From the NCBI GenBank assembly GCA_049724395.1, contig JAUGWO010000091.1:1-64000 (forward strand): a DNA stretch of 64,000 nt, given 5' to 3'. The notes under the pieces are model-generated. The model did no database searches, was not told where the DNA came from, and saw only the letters and a list, made by a program, of their open reading frames with translations. This DNA comes from Spongospora subterranea f. sp. subterranea (taxonomy: Eukaryota). Of the stretch, positions 35,601-49,452 are shown piece after piece. Numbering within the stretch: the first letter of the stretch is position 1; every line of letters begins with the position of its first letter. The position numbers and the translations under genes are program-made.

Positions 35601-38600
35601 GCCAGTCGGTCCTGATTGAGGATTGCGACGAAACCATAGAATCAGCCATGGATCCGATACTTAATAAGGTTTTGCTATTGAGCTCGGTGCTTATCGCTTG
35701 TATTGATATCCACATTTAGGCGACCTTTTCCCAAGGAGGGCGAACAATGATCAAATTGGGAGATTCAACAATCGACTATGACGATGCGTTCAGGTTCTAC
35801 ATCACAACCAAGCACGCGAACCCACATTATTTGCCGGAAGTGAGTTGCTATGAATCCCTCAATAATTTTCCGTATATGCGTCGCGTTGACTTTGGAAATC
35901 CTACACTTAGGTTTGCATCAAAGTAAATCTCATCAACTTTACGGTTACCAGCTTGGGATTGGAAGACCAGTTGTTAGGGGACGTCGTTCGTAAAGAACGC
36001 CCTGAGATTGAAGAGAACAAAGACCGGCTAGTGGTACAAACAAATGTTGGGTAGTTTTGGAGCCAAGCTTAATTTGAAAGCACAGGTTCGTCTCGCTGCT
36101 GACAAAAAACAATTAAAGGATATTGGAGATAAAATCTTGAAAATGCTGAGCGAATCAACTGGAAATTTACTCGACGATGAAGTCAGACCTATTGCCCCCT
36201 TATGAAGTATCGCTCTGAAATATGGAATTTTTAGGATTTGATAGTTACATTAGCCGATTCGAAATTCACATCCAACATCATCAACGAAAGGGTGTTGGAA
36301 GCTGAAGAAACTGCCAAAACAATCGAGAAAGTGAGAGAAAGCTATCGTTCGGTTGCCGAGCGTGGGTCGATAATTTATTTTGTAATCGCCGACCTGATCC
36401 AAATCGACCCAATGTATCAAGTAAGCAATGCATCACACCCACCTCGTTTGCAACTACGATAATATTCGCGCTCAGTATTCCCTGTTTTACTTCAATCGTT
36501 TGTTCTCTGTCTGTATCGATAATGCGGCGAAGAGCGACGATTTATCCGAACGATTAGCTGCCTTGTTGAGAGAAATAACTGTAACCATGTACGAAAGTGT
36601 CTGTAGAGGCCTGTTCGAGGCTCACAAGCTCATTTACTCGTTCCTGATCTGTGCCATGATCGAGAAAAGGAACAAGATCATCAATGGTAATTAACACCAA
36701 AGTTGAACACTGTCTGCTCACATTTGTTTTAGAGCTTGAGTGGAATGTGGTTATGCGCGGTTTACCCACCACCGTCAAAGTCATTCCAAGCGCTCCATCT
36801 CCAGACGTTGGGTTAATTTCTGAAAAAGGTCAATAATTGCGGTATTGTTTGTCGCGCTTGCATATTCAAAAATCACAGGATGGGTATTTATGACTGGAGT
36901 GGAATCTTTGATCCCAAATTTTCAAGGAATTTGCACCCACGTCCTGAGCAATATTCCTGCATGGAGGGGGTTTGTGCTCTCAAAAGACCTCGCTCGCGCG
37001 GTACCCCCTTCCCCCTATGACCAGAAACTCGATCTTTTCCAGAAAATTATTCTTTTGAAGGCTTTCCGGTAATCAGTACTCTTTTGTTGCGGCACAAGGG
37101 AGTCAATATGAAGCATAGGGAGGAAAAGCTGATGTTTGCATTCTTCAACTATGTTAATGAACATCTGGGCCCGGAGTACACGCAAGTCCCCACAATCGAG
37201 CTAAAGCAATCGTATAGAGATACTGATGTGAAAACACCTGGTTGGTTAGCTGCAATGTCTATAGTAGATCGTCATTGATATGTAAATGTAGTCATCTTTG
37301 TCCTTTCAAGTGGTGCTGATCCGACAAGTCTTCTGTTGCGCTTTGCGGTAGAGAAGGGCTTCCAAGAAAAACTTCATGTAAAACTGTTCAAAATTTTACA
37401 TATGCTTTTTATCGATAGTAAATTAGGTAATCTCTCTTGGGCAAGGTCAAGGTCCAAAAGCAGCTGCTTTGATTGAAGAATGCGCAAAGACAGGGCAATG
37501 GTGTTTGCTGCAAAACTGTCACCTTGCAAAAAGTTGGATGCCCACACTGGAAAACATTGTTCAAGACCTGGCTGATAATCAAGCGAATGTTGATCAAAAC
37601 TTCAGGCTCTGGCTGACTTCAATGCCTTGCACGTACTGTTTTTGCAGCGTTAGGGCATACACCAATGTTGCTGAAGAGTTTCCACAGGTATTTCCCGGTT
37701 GCTGTTTTACAAAACGGGGTCAAACTTACGAATGAACCGCCCAAGGGTAATCATGATTTAACTAGAAGTTGAAATGCTGATGTAGATATTAGGACTCAAA
37801 TCGAATTTGCTGCGATCATATCTTAACATCAACGAAGCTCAGTTCGAGGGACATTCTAAGCCTGAAATATGGAAAAAACTCGTATTTGGCTTATCATTCT
37901 TCCATGCCATTGTTCAAGAACGTAGAAAGTTCGGCCCTCTTGGGTTTAACGTAAAATATGAGTTCAATGATTCCGATCTGGATACTTCAACTCAGGTTTT
38001 TGACTGTCGGATGACGTTTTCTGCCTAAGAACTCACAAAAGATCGTTAGGTTCTGCGAATGTTCCTTGAGGAACAACACGAAATTCCTTGGGACGCATTG
38101 CGATACGTGTGCGGTGAAATCAACTATGGCGGGCGAGTAACCGGTAAACCAGCGATTTCCGTCCAAAGGCCATATTCTTATCAATTATGTAGATGATTGG
38201 GACAGACGTTGTTTAATGTCTATTCTTGGGCAATACTACAATCCCGCTATTTTGAACGACGCATATAGTTTGTCATCAAGTGGCGTTTACAAAACTCCAA
38301 AGCAAGGGTATTTGGACTATTATATCGACTTTATCCAGCAGCTTCCGGCAAATGTATGTTGTCGACGAAACTCTACATGGTTTTTGATGACGCTCGCATA
38401 GGAAGCACCTGAAATATTTGGAATGCATGAGAATGCCAATATCACGTTTGAAACAAAAGAATCGTTGAACATCATCGAAACTATCGTCAGTTTGGAACCA
38501 AGGGATTCTCTTGTGAGTGCTGGAGCACTGACCAACGATCAAATCGTGGTGCAAATGGCGCAGACTTTCCTGGTAAACTGCAGCATGATAAGAGGCTCCC

Positions 38601-39647
38601 TCATGCTGATTTAGCTGCTACAGGATGCGCTGCCTCCTCTCTTAGATAAAACCACCGCACACCCGACAACATTTCAACTACAGGCGAACGGCGTCATGCA
38701 CTCAATCGGAACTGTTCTGGTTCAAGAAATGGAGAGGTTCAACCGCTTACTGAATATTATCCGAAAGTAAGATCGTCCGATACCTTAAAGAAAGAAGTTG
38801 ACCTATTACCGCAGCTCACTTGTACAATTGAGCAAGGCAATCCTTGGTCAAGTGTCCATGTCCATCGTCTTAGACGTGATGTATACTTCTTTTCTCGTGA
38901 ACCGAGTTCCTCAATTATGGTAACGACAAACGTTGAGGCCGTTCGTAAAAATATTCAGAATATATTTCGATCAGGGCGTTAGCGGCGTATCCAAGCTTGA
39001 AGAATTTATCGACGTGGATTGAGGATTTACGCTGTCGTGTCGAGTTCATGCGTGATTGGTTGGTGAATGGAAAACCTAAGGCGTTCTGGATATCAGGATT
39101 TATTTTCCCTCAAGGATTCATGACGGGAATCCTTCAGGTCTGCGCTCATCTGGATGTAACCAACGACCACTAATTTGATCATGCACAGTCTCACGCGCGA
39201 AAATACATGGTCCCGATCGATACGTTGAACATGTCTTTCAAGGTCCTGGATGCGCATAGACCAGAAGATATCAGTGAAACCCCAGAAGATGGGGTAATCG
39301 TCTACGGTCTCTTCATCGATGGTGCTCAGTGGGATGTCTCCAAAAAGAGGATCGTCGATGCTAAACTTGGGCAATGCGTATCTGTAAGTTTCCAGGTCGG
39401 TCGAAGCTGTCTAGTCTGACAACAGATTCAATAGCCGATGCCGGCGATACATCTGGTTCCATCTATAAAAAATACAAGTGACTCAAGTTGCTATTCATGT
39501 CCTCTATATAAGACTTCAGTTCGTGCTGGCCTTCTTTCGACGACGGGACAGTCGACAAATTTCATTGTCGCAGTGGATCTACCAGCGGAAGAAACCCCAG
39601 ACTACTGGGTCCTTAGAGGCACAGCACTTTTATGTCAAGCTGAGTGA
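23696..39647 (+). CDS. DNAH6: Axonemal inner-arm dynein heavy chain, DNAH6-like; many short introns
   Basis: [17 protein letters not shown]1 [54 protein letters not shown]2 GPTGSGKT; P3 GVTGVGKS; P4 GVGGSGKQS; stalk; C-terminal [12 protein letters not shown]...[12 protein letters not shown]. The short N-terminus is typical of single-headed inner-arm dyneins. Confidence 0.93.
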
Positions 39648-39742
39648 TTATCGATTTGACAAAACTATATTCAAAAATATAATTATCGTAAAAGCTATTT
39701 AACTCCTACGATTCACGTACAGTAGACGAGAACAAAAAGAAG

Positions 39743-39814
39743 TTCCGATACGGGGACTCGAACCCCGGTCTTGCATGTGAAAGACGCATATACTGACCCC
39801 TATACTATATCGGA
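39743..39814 (-). tRNA. tRNA-Glu(UUC), intronless
   Basis: TCCGATA/TATCGGA acceptor stem; anticodon arm TGCGT-CTTTCAC-ATGCA; T arm CGGGG-TTCGAGT-CCCCG; downstream T5 Pol III terminator (A run at 39734-39738). Confidence 0.97.
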
Positions 39815-41482
39815 TATTTAGGTGATAACATCGTACAAATATTGAATCCTTTGGATGATACTGATGAAACGTCAATGTTTTCTGATTGCCGTCGCAAAGA
39901 AGGTGAATTTGATGTCACAACGAACCTGCGCAATGGGTTTGATTCCTTAGCAAGGGAACCGCAAATTCGGAACTGATTATCAAAGCTGTCAATGCAATGC
40001 CATCGATGTGTTTGTTTAATTAATCACAGCGTGCAGGCAATTTTTCTGCACACCGCTGAATTGGATTTCGTATGTTGCAGTCCTGGGCTCGAGTTTTCCT
40101 TAAATACTGTATAATCACCGCCACAATACAATGTTAAACATCTTAGCAGGAGAGCGAATACCGGTATGTTGCGAACCCGATTGAGGGCAAACCTTTTCAA
40201 ACTCATTCCATTCGAATGTTCCCCTTAGTTGCATTGACAGCTTCTTGGGCCTTGATCAATTCCATTTTGCGAGTCTTGCTGGATTGTGCAGTCACCTTTC
40301 TTGCTATAACCAGCAGATGACTGAACATATACCGGACCGGTGGTCTAAGAAAATGACACCGATATGGCAGCGCTTGGGCTTTCTTTCTGAGATCTCTCAA
40401 AGTTTCTGATGCAAATCTTGTGCGTCGTGTTTTAACGACATCCTTCACATTCTGTTATGAATAGACAGTGATCCGATTCCAAAAATCGTGATCGACATAT
40501 GCCCAGCTAACTCTGGTAAATTCTCAGATGACCCGTCAAAAGTGTTGTCGATTTCTAATTTGCAGCCATTCGGGTAATGTGTATCATTGGGTCTTAGCGG
40601 CCTCCCACAGTGAGGGCGCATCGGCTTTGCCAGCCATCTGGAGACTGTTGTGTCGAAAGGCTTTGCTCTGGTCAATGTCAGCAGCACCTCCCTACACTCC
40701 CAGTAGCCATACGACAAGTCCAGCGCGTCCACTAACATGTTTGCAGTGTGTCAAAAAAGTTGACCCCGACCCAAAAGAAACTGATGCAGCCGCTCAGTCT
40801 ACTTTTCCAGGAAGAAAACAGGAATTCCAAATCGACTCTGACAGTTCACTTTTTTGAAATGTTCTTGCGAACTTCAAAAATGTAAACAAACATATATCAG
40901 ATTTTTTTTTCTGAGTTTATCCTTACAAGAAAACAGGTTAGCATATATATAATCAGAATCAATTCGCTATTGCAAACATCGGAATTCGCATTTGACATTT
41001 GTTGTAAAAACAAAGCTCGAATGAAATAGATCAATGCTGGTATGACGGACCTGCTGACAGGCCCTCATTATCCCAGATTAGAGTGAGAAACAGTTTCGCC
41101 TGATCAGAACGCTTGCAAGGAAAAATCGTCATTTTTCCTTGATATGCTAGGATCAAGGGACCCAATTCCGAGTCGTTTCATGCAGATCCTTAACATTGCA
41201 AACACGATCTTGTTTGCGAAAGCGGCGAGCGAGACATGACATCCGGTTCCCCGTGGTGTTTGGGTGGTTGTTTGCCGGCCGGGTAGAATCTGTGCGACTG
41301 GGTCTTCCGACTGTGTAAGGTATGCTATGTTACCACAGCCAACCGGATGGCCAAGTCACTGGATTACGACGCACCAAAACTTGACAGGAACGCGGTTTGC
41401 CAGAGCCAGACTACCCGGCGGCGATTTATTCGACGACATTCAGTATTTGATTGTTTTTTGATATTGTCGTCGAGACTTGAAG

Positions 41483-42676
41483 ATGGTGTCATCCGGCTCT
41501 TGTTGCGAATCGCCATTGCGGGTCCTGGTGACCGGAGCCGCCGGCCAGATCGCCTATAGTCTTATTCCGCTGATCGCTTCCGGTCAGGTATTTGGGCCTA
41601 CTCAGCCCATAACGCTGGTTCTTTTGGATATCATACCGGCTGCCAAGGTCCTCCAAGGCGTCGCCATGGAGATAGACGATGCCGTCTATCCATTAGTTCG
41701 ATCAGTGGTTGTTACTACCGAACAGAAGGAAGCGTTCTCGGGAGCTCAGGTTGCGGTTCTAGTTGGTGGATTCCCCCGTGGTCCTGGAATGGAACGAAAG
41801 GATCTTATGGCCAAAAACAAACCAATTTTTGTTGCCGCTGGGCAAGCATTGAATGAATGGTAGGCTATGTGTGTTCAATATTCTCATAGTTATTTCAATT
41901 CTGGTGCTCCAGGGCGGATTCCAACTGTAAAGTGCTTGTAGTTGCCAATCCTGCTAATACCAATTGCTTGATTGCCGCTAAGAACGCCCCCAAGCTTCCC
42001 AAAGCAAATTTCACAGCATTGACACGTTTGGATATGAACCGTGGTGCTGCACAACTGGCCAAGAAAATCGGCGTCAATGCCAGTCAAATCAAGAATATTA
42101 CAATTTGGGGTAATCACTCCAAGGTGACCACTTGATCCAGTTTCCGTTCTGGGTATTTCTAAGGCTGTTGCTTATTTAGACTCAAGTTCCGGATGCGTCT
42201 GGTGCTGTCGTCGTGGATTTATCGAAAAAGTCATCAGAGCCAATAAGCAAGAAGTTGAACGACGAGCAATATATCTCAAAGGAGTTCGTGTCGATTGTAC
42301 AGAACCGCGGCGCTGACGTGATCGCAGCCCGTGGGCTGAGTAGCGCCATGTCGGCGGCCAGCGCCATCAAGGTTGAATCAGTGCTGTTGCTCGTTCGGTT
42401 GTACCTAAACTTTGCACCCAATAGGATCATTTGAATTCATGGTTGGTGGGAACCAATCCTGGTGAATATGTGTCTATGGCCGTATATAGTGGTTCCAGTC
42501 AGCAGGAATCCGTATATGGCGTTGCCTCGGATCTGTATTTCTCCATGCCCGTTACCTGCAAGGCAGGAGCGTACTCGGTCGTGACCGGCCTCGCTCTACC
42601 ATCGTTCGTACAGTCGTCGATAAAGGTGACCGAGAAGGAACTGATCGAAGAGAAGGCCGAAGCAGGGTTAGCCTGA
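41483..42676 (+). CDS. MDH1: Malate dehydrogenase, cytosolic (MDH1) type
   Basis: [76 protein letters not shown]; three short introns. Confidence 0.96.
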
Positions 42677-42927
42677 TTCAAAAAAGACCCAAATAAAACT
42701 TATGACGATGTTATATTCTCAAATGTGATTCACTCATTAACTGGCTAATCTCGCCGTGAGTTTTATATGGTGAAAACCATCCAAAAAAAAACGCTGAGCA
42801 TTGAAGCCACACCCAATTCATTGATCCTCCGTCCGCTCACGGACTAACGGTCTCGTTGCGGGGTCCGTCACGGGGTATTTGGCTTCGATCCCCAGTATTG
42901 GCAAAATCGACCAGAAATCTCTGAGAT

Positions 42928-44892
42928 ATGGGGCGGTTACAGAAATCTGGTGAATCGGGCGTTGCCGCCCAATATTACACACGCGGTCAGGCGCTCCGTA
43001 AACTGCAGGTGTCTTTGCCCGATTTCCGTCGCCTTTGCATCTTGAAAGGGATTTATCCACGTGATCCCAAGAAGAAGGCCAATGGACGTGATAAAACCTA
43101 CTACCATAAAAAGGATATCGGTTTCCTCCTCTATGAACCGCTTCTCGCGAAGTTCAGAGATATGAAGATATTCTTACGACAACATAAACGTCGGATACTC
43201 TGCTGATTGCGTTGATTACTTGGGTGTATTCAGAGTAATGTTCGTGTTCAGGGTTCATGGCGCGACACGAAGAAGTGCTTGCCGAGTCACTGGAAAGTCG
43301 CCGTCCTGTGATGTCGTTAGATCATCTGGTTCGCGAACGGTATCCAACCTTCCTGGATGCATTGCGTGATATCGATGACGCTCTAACGCTAACGCATCTG
43401 TTCGCTAACATTCCTGTTGGATTAACATCGTTCCACACATCTTCCAGTAACGCGCTTCCATCATCTTCAACTCGACATTAATCCTTTTGTTTGGGCCAAC
43501 AGTTCCACAACAATGTGTCAACGTGAGTCGCGAATTCCAGAGCATTGCTGCTCGTGAACGCTGGCTACGAAAAGTGTTCGTTTCCATCAAAGGCATTTAC
43601 TACCAAGCTAATATTAACGGCGAGACCGTCACCTGGATTGTTCCTCACAAGTTCCCTCAACAATGCCCTGACAACGTTGACTATAAAGTTTTGTATGTGT
43701 CCAATCACCCAAAATCTCGCTTTTGGCTCAAACTCAATCAGGTTCACGTTCCTTGAATTCTATCTGACTTTGCTCAAATTTGTGAACTTCAAGCTCTTCC
43801 ACGATGCTGGCCTTAATTACCCGCCCGCTGTGAACACTGAAAATCAGTCAAAGGGTACGTTAGAATGGTTTTAATGGGGGTTTTTTCATGTCGAAATAAC
43901 TCCTCTCGCTAGGGCAATTAATTTCGAGCATTGTTTTGACGAAGTCGTTTTCCGATGAAGCTGATGAACAAATCGATGCTGAGTTCAGAGAAATGCACGT
44001 CGGACGACGCTAACGCGGCCCCACCTGTGTTTGAGGGCCTGGTGTTTCTGTTATCGCGAGAGGTAAACTCTTTGCTGCTGCTTGGTCCATGCGTTTGGTA
44101 TTGATTTGTCCCTCTAGGTGCCATGTGATGCGCTGGAGTTTGTCGTTCTCAGCGGCGGTGGACGGGTGATCCGCGAAGAAGATGAGATTGCCGATGTTGA
44201 TGAGATTACCCACCAGATCGTTGATCGGCCCAACCTTCTTGGAGAAGCCATTTCAACTCGCGAATATATCCAACCCCAATGGGTATGTTCCATCCATCAT
44301 TTCAAGTACCGTCGGAAGCCTAACCTCTGAGCCGCTTTTCTTTCAGGTTTTCGATAGCTTCAATATGGGTGCGTTATTGCCTGTTCATCCATACGGTGTT
44401 GGCATGAGTTTACCGCCCCATCTGTCGCCCTTCGTTGATGATGCAGCTGAAGGATATGTCCCAACACAGAGAAAGACGTTAGAGTCGTGGGCGTTGGGTA
44501 AATCTACAATGGACGGTACGAACCTTTCTCAGGTTGTTTCGTTTTATTTATCATATAATTGTTTAGCCATCGCAGAATGCGCAAACGACATTGAATCGGA
44601 TGAACCTGAAAGCTCTTCGGAAGATGAGGAGGACAAAGAAGGTGAGGATGACAAAAGCGTCGCTGTCGAAAAGGCCAAACCCAAGAAGCGGTCACGCGGT
44701 GAAGTTAAGGACATCGGGGAATCGGCGTCTGAAGAGAAGGACCTCGCGAAAATAATGATGACCAATAAGAACAAGAGACTATACTCTCGAATGCAGTATG
44801 GCATTAACGAGAAGAAAACAGCCAATGCCGTTCTTGATGCTAAGCGACGTAAAATTGAAAAATCTTCGAAAAAGAAGCAGACTCAAAAGTAA
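42928..44892 (+). CDS. PES1: Pescadillo/Nop7 ribosome biogenesis factor
   Basis: [70 protein letters not shown] ([20 protein letters not shown]); LPPHLSPFV. Confidence 0.97.
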
Positions 44893-45093
44893 AATGCCAT
44901 GAATACAGCACAATTTTGCAAAGGATGCACTTGTGCAGTCTGCATATACGACAACTTCTGGACGCCGATGTGGACTGAATCCGAACATGACATGACAGCC
45001 ATTGTAAATTTATTCTGGTAGATTTTGAACTGTTGCAGGAGCACTGCCGTGAGGTGGGGCGAGTATCAATGGGGCGTTACAGGCGGAATGTCA

Positions 45094-45950
45094 TCACCCT
45101 GTATGCTGCTGAAGAAGACGGCGAAAATCGGTGCGCTTCATCATTCCAGGAATTGCGGGAGGTCGCCGCGGAAGCCACAAACGTCCGCGTAATTCAATGA
45201 GGTCAAGGATCAAAAACCGTAATCGATTGGAAAATCGTGGAGTCCATGAATAAGCGAGCTGATCGAAGCAGGAGGAGAACATCTTCTCGTGCTCTGCCCT
45301 CATAACGTTCAGCATGCGGTACACAGCCTGGTCAAAATAAGCTGAAGAACGCTTTCAAAAACATGAAGATAACAGCGTACCTCCAATGCGGTTGGTGTTC
45401 CATGACGAAATGCATTTTCAATGAAAGTTTTGACTGTCTGAGTTGGTACGACACCATTACGGCAAAGAGCGGCTATAAGCTCGACGATGTTGAAAAATCG
45501 AACGTTATCTTCCTCGCTATCAGACTCCAGGCCGAGTCGAAGCTCCAGATCAACTCGTTCTAAAACCTGCAAAACGCGACAGTTATGAAAAGCAAAACTT
45601 ATTGACGAACGTACAGCGGCACTCAGATCCGGGCAATCTTGAGAAAGTTCTTTTATAAAAGAAGCGTAGAGGACGATAAAATCCCCTCGAGCTATCACAG
45701 CGTGTCGCCCAATTAGATCCACAACTGTACCGAACTCGCCCGAGTCAACATTGGCAAGAATTTCCCGAAACGCCGAGACGTGTTCTGCAAATCTTTCATA
45801 TGCTAACTTGTTCAAAAGACTTCGCACCCGTCGAATGGCGACCGGCATCCTTCCGGCAGCCTGTGGCCTGCGGCCCTGCCCCGCAGAGCTTCTACCGTGG
45901 AGTCTTGGAACTTATACCCAGACGACGATTGGAATCGATCTTGATAAACA
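45094..45950 (-). CDS. MIF4G-domain (eIF4G-like) protein; 5' end unresolved
   Basis: RRVRSLLNKLAYERF and SNRLRFLILDLIELRGRLWLPRR bracket a MIF4G domain. Intron at ~45328-45379. The frame stays open upstream of the ATG at 45848. Confidence 0.8.
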
Positions 45951-47477
45951 ACTACGAGAGAGGTTGAAAGAAAATGTGATGAGCCGATCAGTGAGTGGTG
46001 AACTGGGAAGAGACGTTAAGGGCCAGTCACAAGTCATCACCTCACTATAATTGTACCGTAAATCTGACTGAAGACTGTGGACTAGGAATCCATTTTTACA
46101 ATACACTGGTCAAGTTTTTGACGGGTCCCTTGGCCAATCATGTCAGGATGAGGGTGCGCGAGTTTCTCAGGAAACACATGAGGCTGAATTATTGTGCCGA
46201 TACGATGATCAGAATTAGCTGTAGCAGGTATCCGCTAGATATAGAATGGGTTCTGCGGATGCCGTTGCAGTCTTTGCCTCGGAATCTGGTCATAAACAGT
46301 AAAATACTTGTAATAAGACTATTTCTATTAAGGTCTGAACCCTGAAATTCGATCATGATACGGTGAATGCCCAGGAGTCTTGAAAAAATGTAAAAACAGG
46401 GGGTCAAGACCTTCAGCCCCGCTTTGAGGGTGTACTGTAAAACGCCATGAAAATCCTTTCTACCTTGCAGGCTGCGCGCAATCAAAAGTGTACAGTACAT
46501 ACAATGAGCTTCGGGCGTGCGCATGTCACAGCGTTGGCAACGATCATTTACTTACACAAACTTATACTTGTTGACCACCTTTCGAAAACAGTGGCGTCGG
46601 TCCTTGATCAGTTTAAGGAGCTGAGAGATCTACACACTGAGGGTACGATCAATGAAAAAACGGTTCTTACAATTGAAAGCATCGATCATTGTCTCTACCG
46701 TGGTCACTGCTCCGGTCGCAAAAGCGACTGTCGTCTCTTCACCTTTTACATTATCCGGACATTGTAACTCGCCAATTCCCAACAGACAAAAGAGTATCCT
46801 TCGATTTTTAACAACCTACATAGAGGCAATGATCGATGCTTTCTAATGTAAGAACTTTTAAAAACGACTCGGGTTGCATATAGGGGTACATGCCAGAAGG
46901 TTTCTCCATTCCCTACATATTACGACATCATTTTGTCGATTTCCCTTAGTTGGCATTGCTGCCACCGTACCCAGTTGCAACCGCTGAACACCTTTAACCA
47001 GATTGCGTTTCTTTTTGCATACCTCAAGGCCATGCGAAAGCAACACCGTTAATGGAATAATAACAACGTCATCAAGAAACGCGAGTAGCAAAAATCATCA
47101 TGTTATAGCAGAAGCAGCTAAGGTTCTAGCTCCATCTTCGCTGACAGCAGTATTGCTTCTATCACTGGAAACATCCAACGATGTGAAATGGATCAAAAGG
47201 TGTGTATGCGGTGGAGGAATCAAGAGCGATGCCCAATATGTGCAAAATCGAAAGCTTCTTGCAAGCTCACACGTCTGTTAATTCCCCACAACACATTGGA
47301 GGTCGAACAAAAACTTGATCCAGATAGAATTCCCATTTTTGACAACGGCCCCAAGAGTGCGCGTCGGTCTCCGGACCTTGAACAGAGGAGTAGTTGTCAG
47401 TGTGTCGCCAGCTGACTGAATAGCTGGCCGTAACGCTACCGCCATCTCTGAACTAGGCGGGGTTATTTCGTTACGCC

Positions 47478-48870
47478 ATGGAAAATTTGACTGTTGGACA
47501 GCCACTTCCATCATTGCTGGATTCGGCTGCTTTTGAAGAAAAACGCTTCCCGTTCCCTTCAATCGGTCCGAGCGGAGGCTATCCTAGTTCAGCCTTATCA
47601 GCACAGCTCGATGTCACCAAACGTTGGCCGGTTCCGTTGGTTTCGTCGATGCTAATTTCGCATTGCTGGACGTTATTAGCATGGAAAAGGACGCGACTGG
47701 ATATACTTGCTTCAAGCGGTTCGTCCAGGATTCCCCAAATCGGTCTCCAGGGCTATTTCATGGCAGACGATAAGACGCAATTGCAGGTTGGAATGAGTGC
47801 CCGCGAGGCCATAACAGGGCAGATTCAATTGCATCGAACAATGGGCGCCCACACTGTCGGTGTATCTCTCGAGTCGTCCAGGTCTAGCGACGCCATCGGC
47901 AGTGCCACGCCAGTTGCTTCATTGCTCTACTCCGGATCTATCTTTCCCAACTCATCGACAGCATATGCAGGGCTCCATTTAACAGGAAGCGGCGTCGATT
48001 ATTCCTGGGGTGTCGTATCCGCTCCGCAGGGAGCCAATGGATTCCGTATTCGGCTGTCTGTCGATGGCGCAATGTCCGTTCCTAGGCCGGTTTTCACGTT
48101 GTCATGCCCGATCAACGGAACAAAGCGATTATACACTAAACTAGGTCTAGATAGCCTAGAATCTGGAGTCAGCGTCCAACCTCAACCGGATCTCAGGTTA
48201 AATGTCGGAATTAGGTCAGATACCCGTGGAATCTCCATATGCTTCCGTCTGCAATATCATCTGTTCAATGTGTCCATCCCTTGTCTTATCCACAACGACC
48301 CTCAAGATCTCCGATCTGTCGTTTTCTGCATCTCAATTCCGGTGGCGCTCTGGGGTCTCTGGGTGACAGTCCCGCTACTAGCACATAAAAAGAAGAAAAA
48401 TGGCTGCTGATAGAAGCCTATACTCTCACCAACAATTGGCTCTGAAAATTGACAGCCTTCGGCGATGCCGCCAGGCAGCACTTGATCAGCAGCAAGCAAT
48501 GGCAACAGAAGCGGAAGGTAAATATCAACACGAATTGGAAAACCAAGGCCTCGTGATCGAACGTGGGACATTCTTCATTGACGATGTGGATGCGTTGCGC
48601 GCAGAGAAGGCTGTTGCTCGCGGTCCAGAATATTCATCCAGGTTTGATGTGACGATTCCACTACGTTTTTGGGTAAACAATTCCAAGTTGGCTCTCGAGA
48701 CATTTCCGAAACGATCGATGCTAGGATTTTATTGTCCATTCGGTCCAGCTGTAAAAAAAGCTCGTCCGCTTCTCAAGATCGACTATGCTTACCAAGGCAA
48801 GTCGTACTGTTGCACTGTTGCGGAACTGGAGCCGGTCAATCTACCTGACTCTCGACATTTGAGGATGTGA
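47478..48870 (+). CDS. DNAJC11-like protein (C-terminal DUF3395), split by a frameshift at an A-run
   Basis: ENQGLVIERG, FDVTIPLRFWVNNSKL...KRSMLGFYCP...LLKIDYAYQG...EPVNLP. Beta-rich middle region, TM and coiled coil. Frame break at 48387-48400. Confidence 0.8.
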
Positions 48871-49052
48871 TAAATTATTGAATTCAACAATTTCGTATTG
48901 GGCCCGCTTTATCTACTGTTGCACAGTTTAATGCATATTCGAGCGTTCGCCGAAAAACCTCCTCGCTTTTCTCTGACTGTCGTGATTTGGGGACTGACCG
49001 GTGTCTGGCTCTTAAAGCACAGTGCGCGGATTGCGTCGTCCAGTCTTTGACG

Positions 49053-49452
49053 ATGGCGAGTGCTTTCTCGTCGTCTTTGGCATGGTTAGGTGCTCGTGGG
49101 GCACTCCCTGCTGCTCCTAGCTTCGCGAAATTCGTGGCCGTAAATGCAAGTACGAGCTTCACATAATTTTGTTGTTTTGGGAGCTTATTTTTCAGGTCGC
49201 TTGGTGGAACCTTCGACGGATTTTATATTGCCGAATGGCGCCGCGTATATCCCCCTTGATTTGAACTCCAACAAACAACCTGCTTGGCTGCCGTACAACA
49301 TTTCATCATACAATCCAGCCGAGAATCCTTTTAAACAGGTAATTTCCGAGATGTGGGCTGATAGTACCCTACGAAAACGCAAGTTGAAGATGAACAAACA
49401 TAAGCGCCGCAAACGGAGGAAAGCAATTCGCAACAAGACCAATCAGGCCTAA
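49053..49452 (+). CDS. Mitochondrial ribosomal protein mS38 (COX24/AURKAIP1 family)
   Basis: Presequence-like exon 1, intron 49150-49195, C-terminal DSTLRKRKLKMNKHKRRKRRK. Confidence 0.88.

Noticed and set aside
23696..39647. Frameshifts in dynein (e.g. ~32437) and in PES1, GPI8, DNAJC11-like and GDE1-like genes as pseudogenisation or programmed frameshifting
   Set aside because: Single-base indels, mostly in short homopolymers of otherwise conserved genes, fit consensus sequencing error. Read polishing would confirm.
40024..40860. Chain of short ORFs as a TnpB/Fanzor or other TE relic
   Set aside because: No RuvC or DDE motifs, no complete zinc ribbon and no terminal repeats could be identified.
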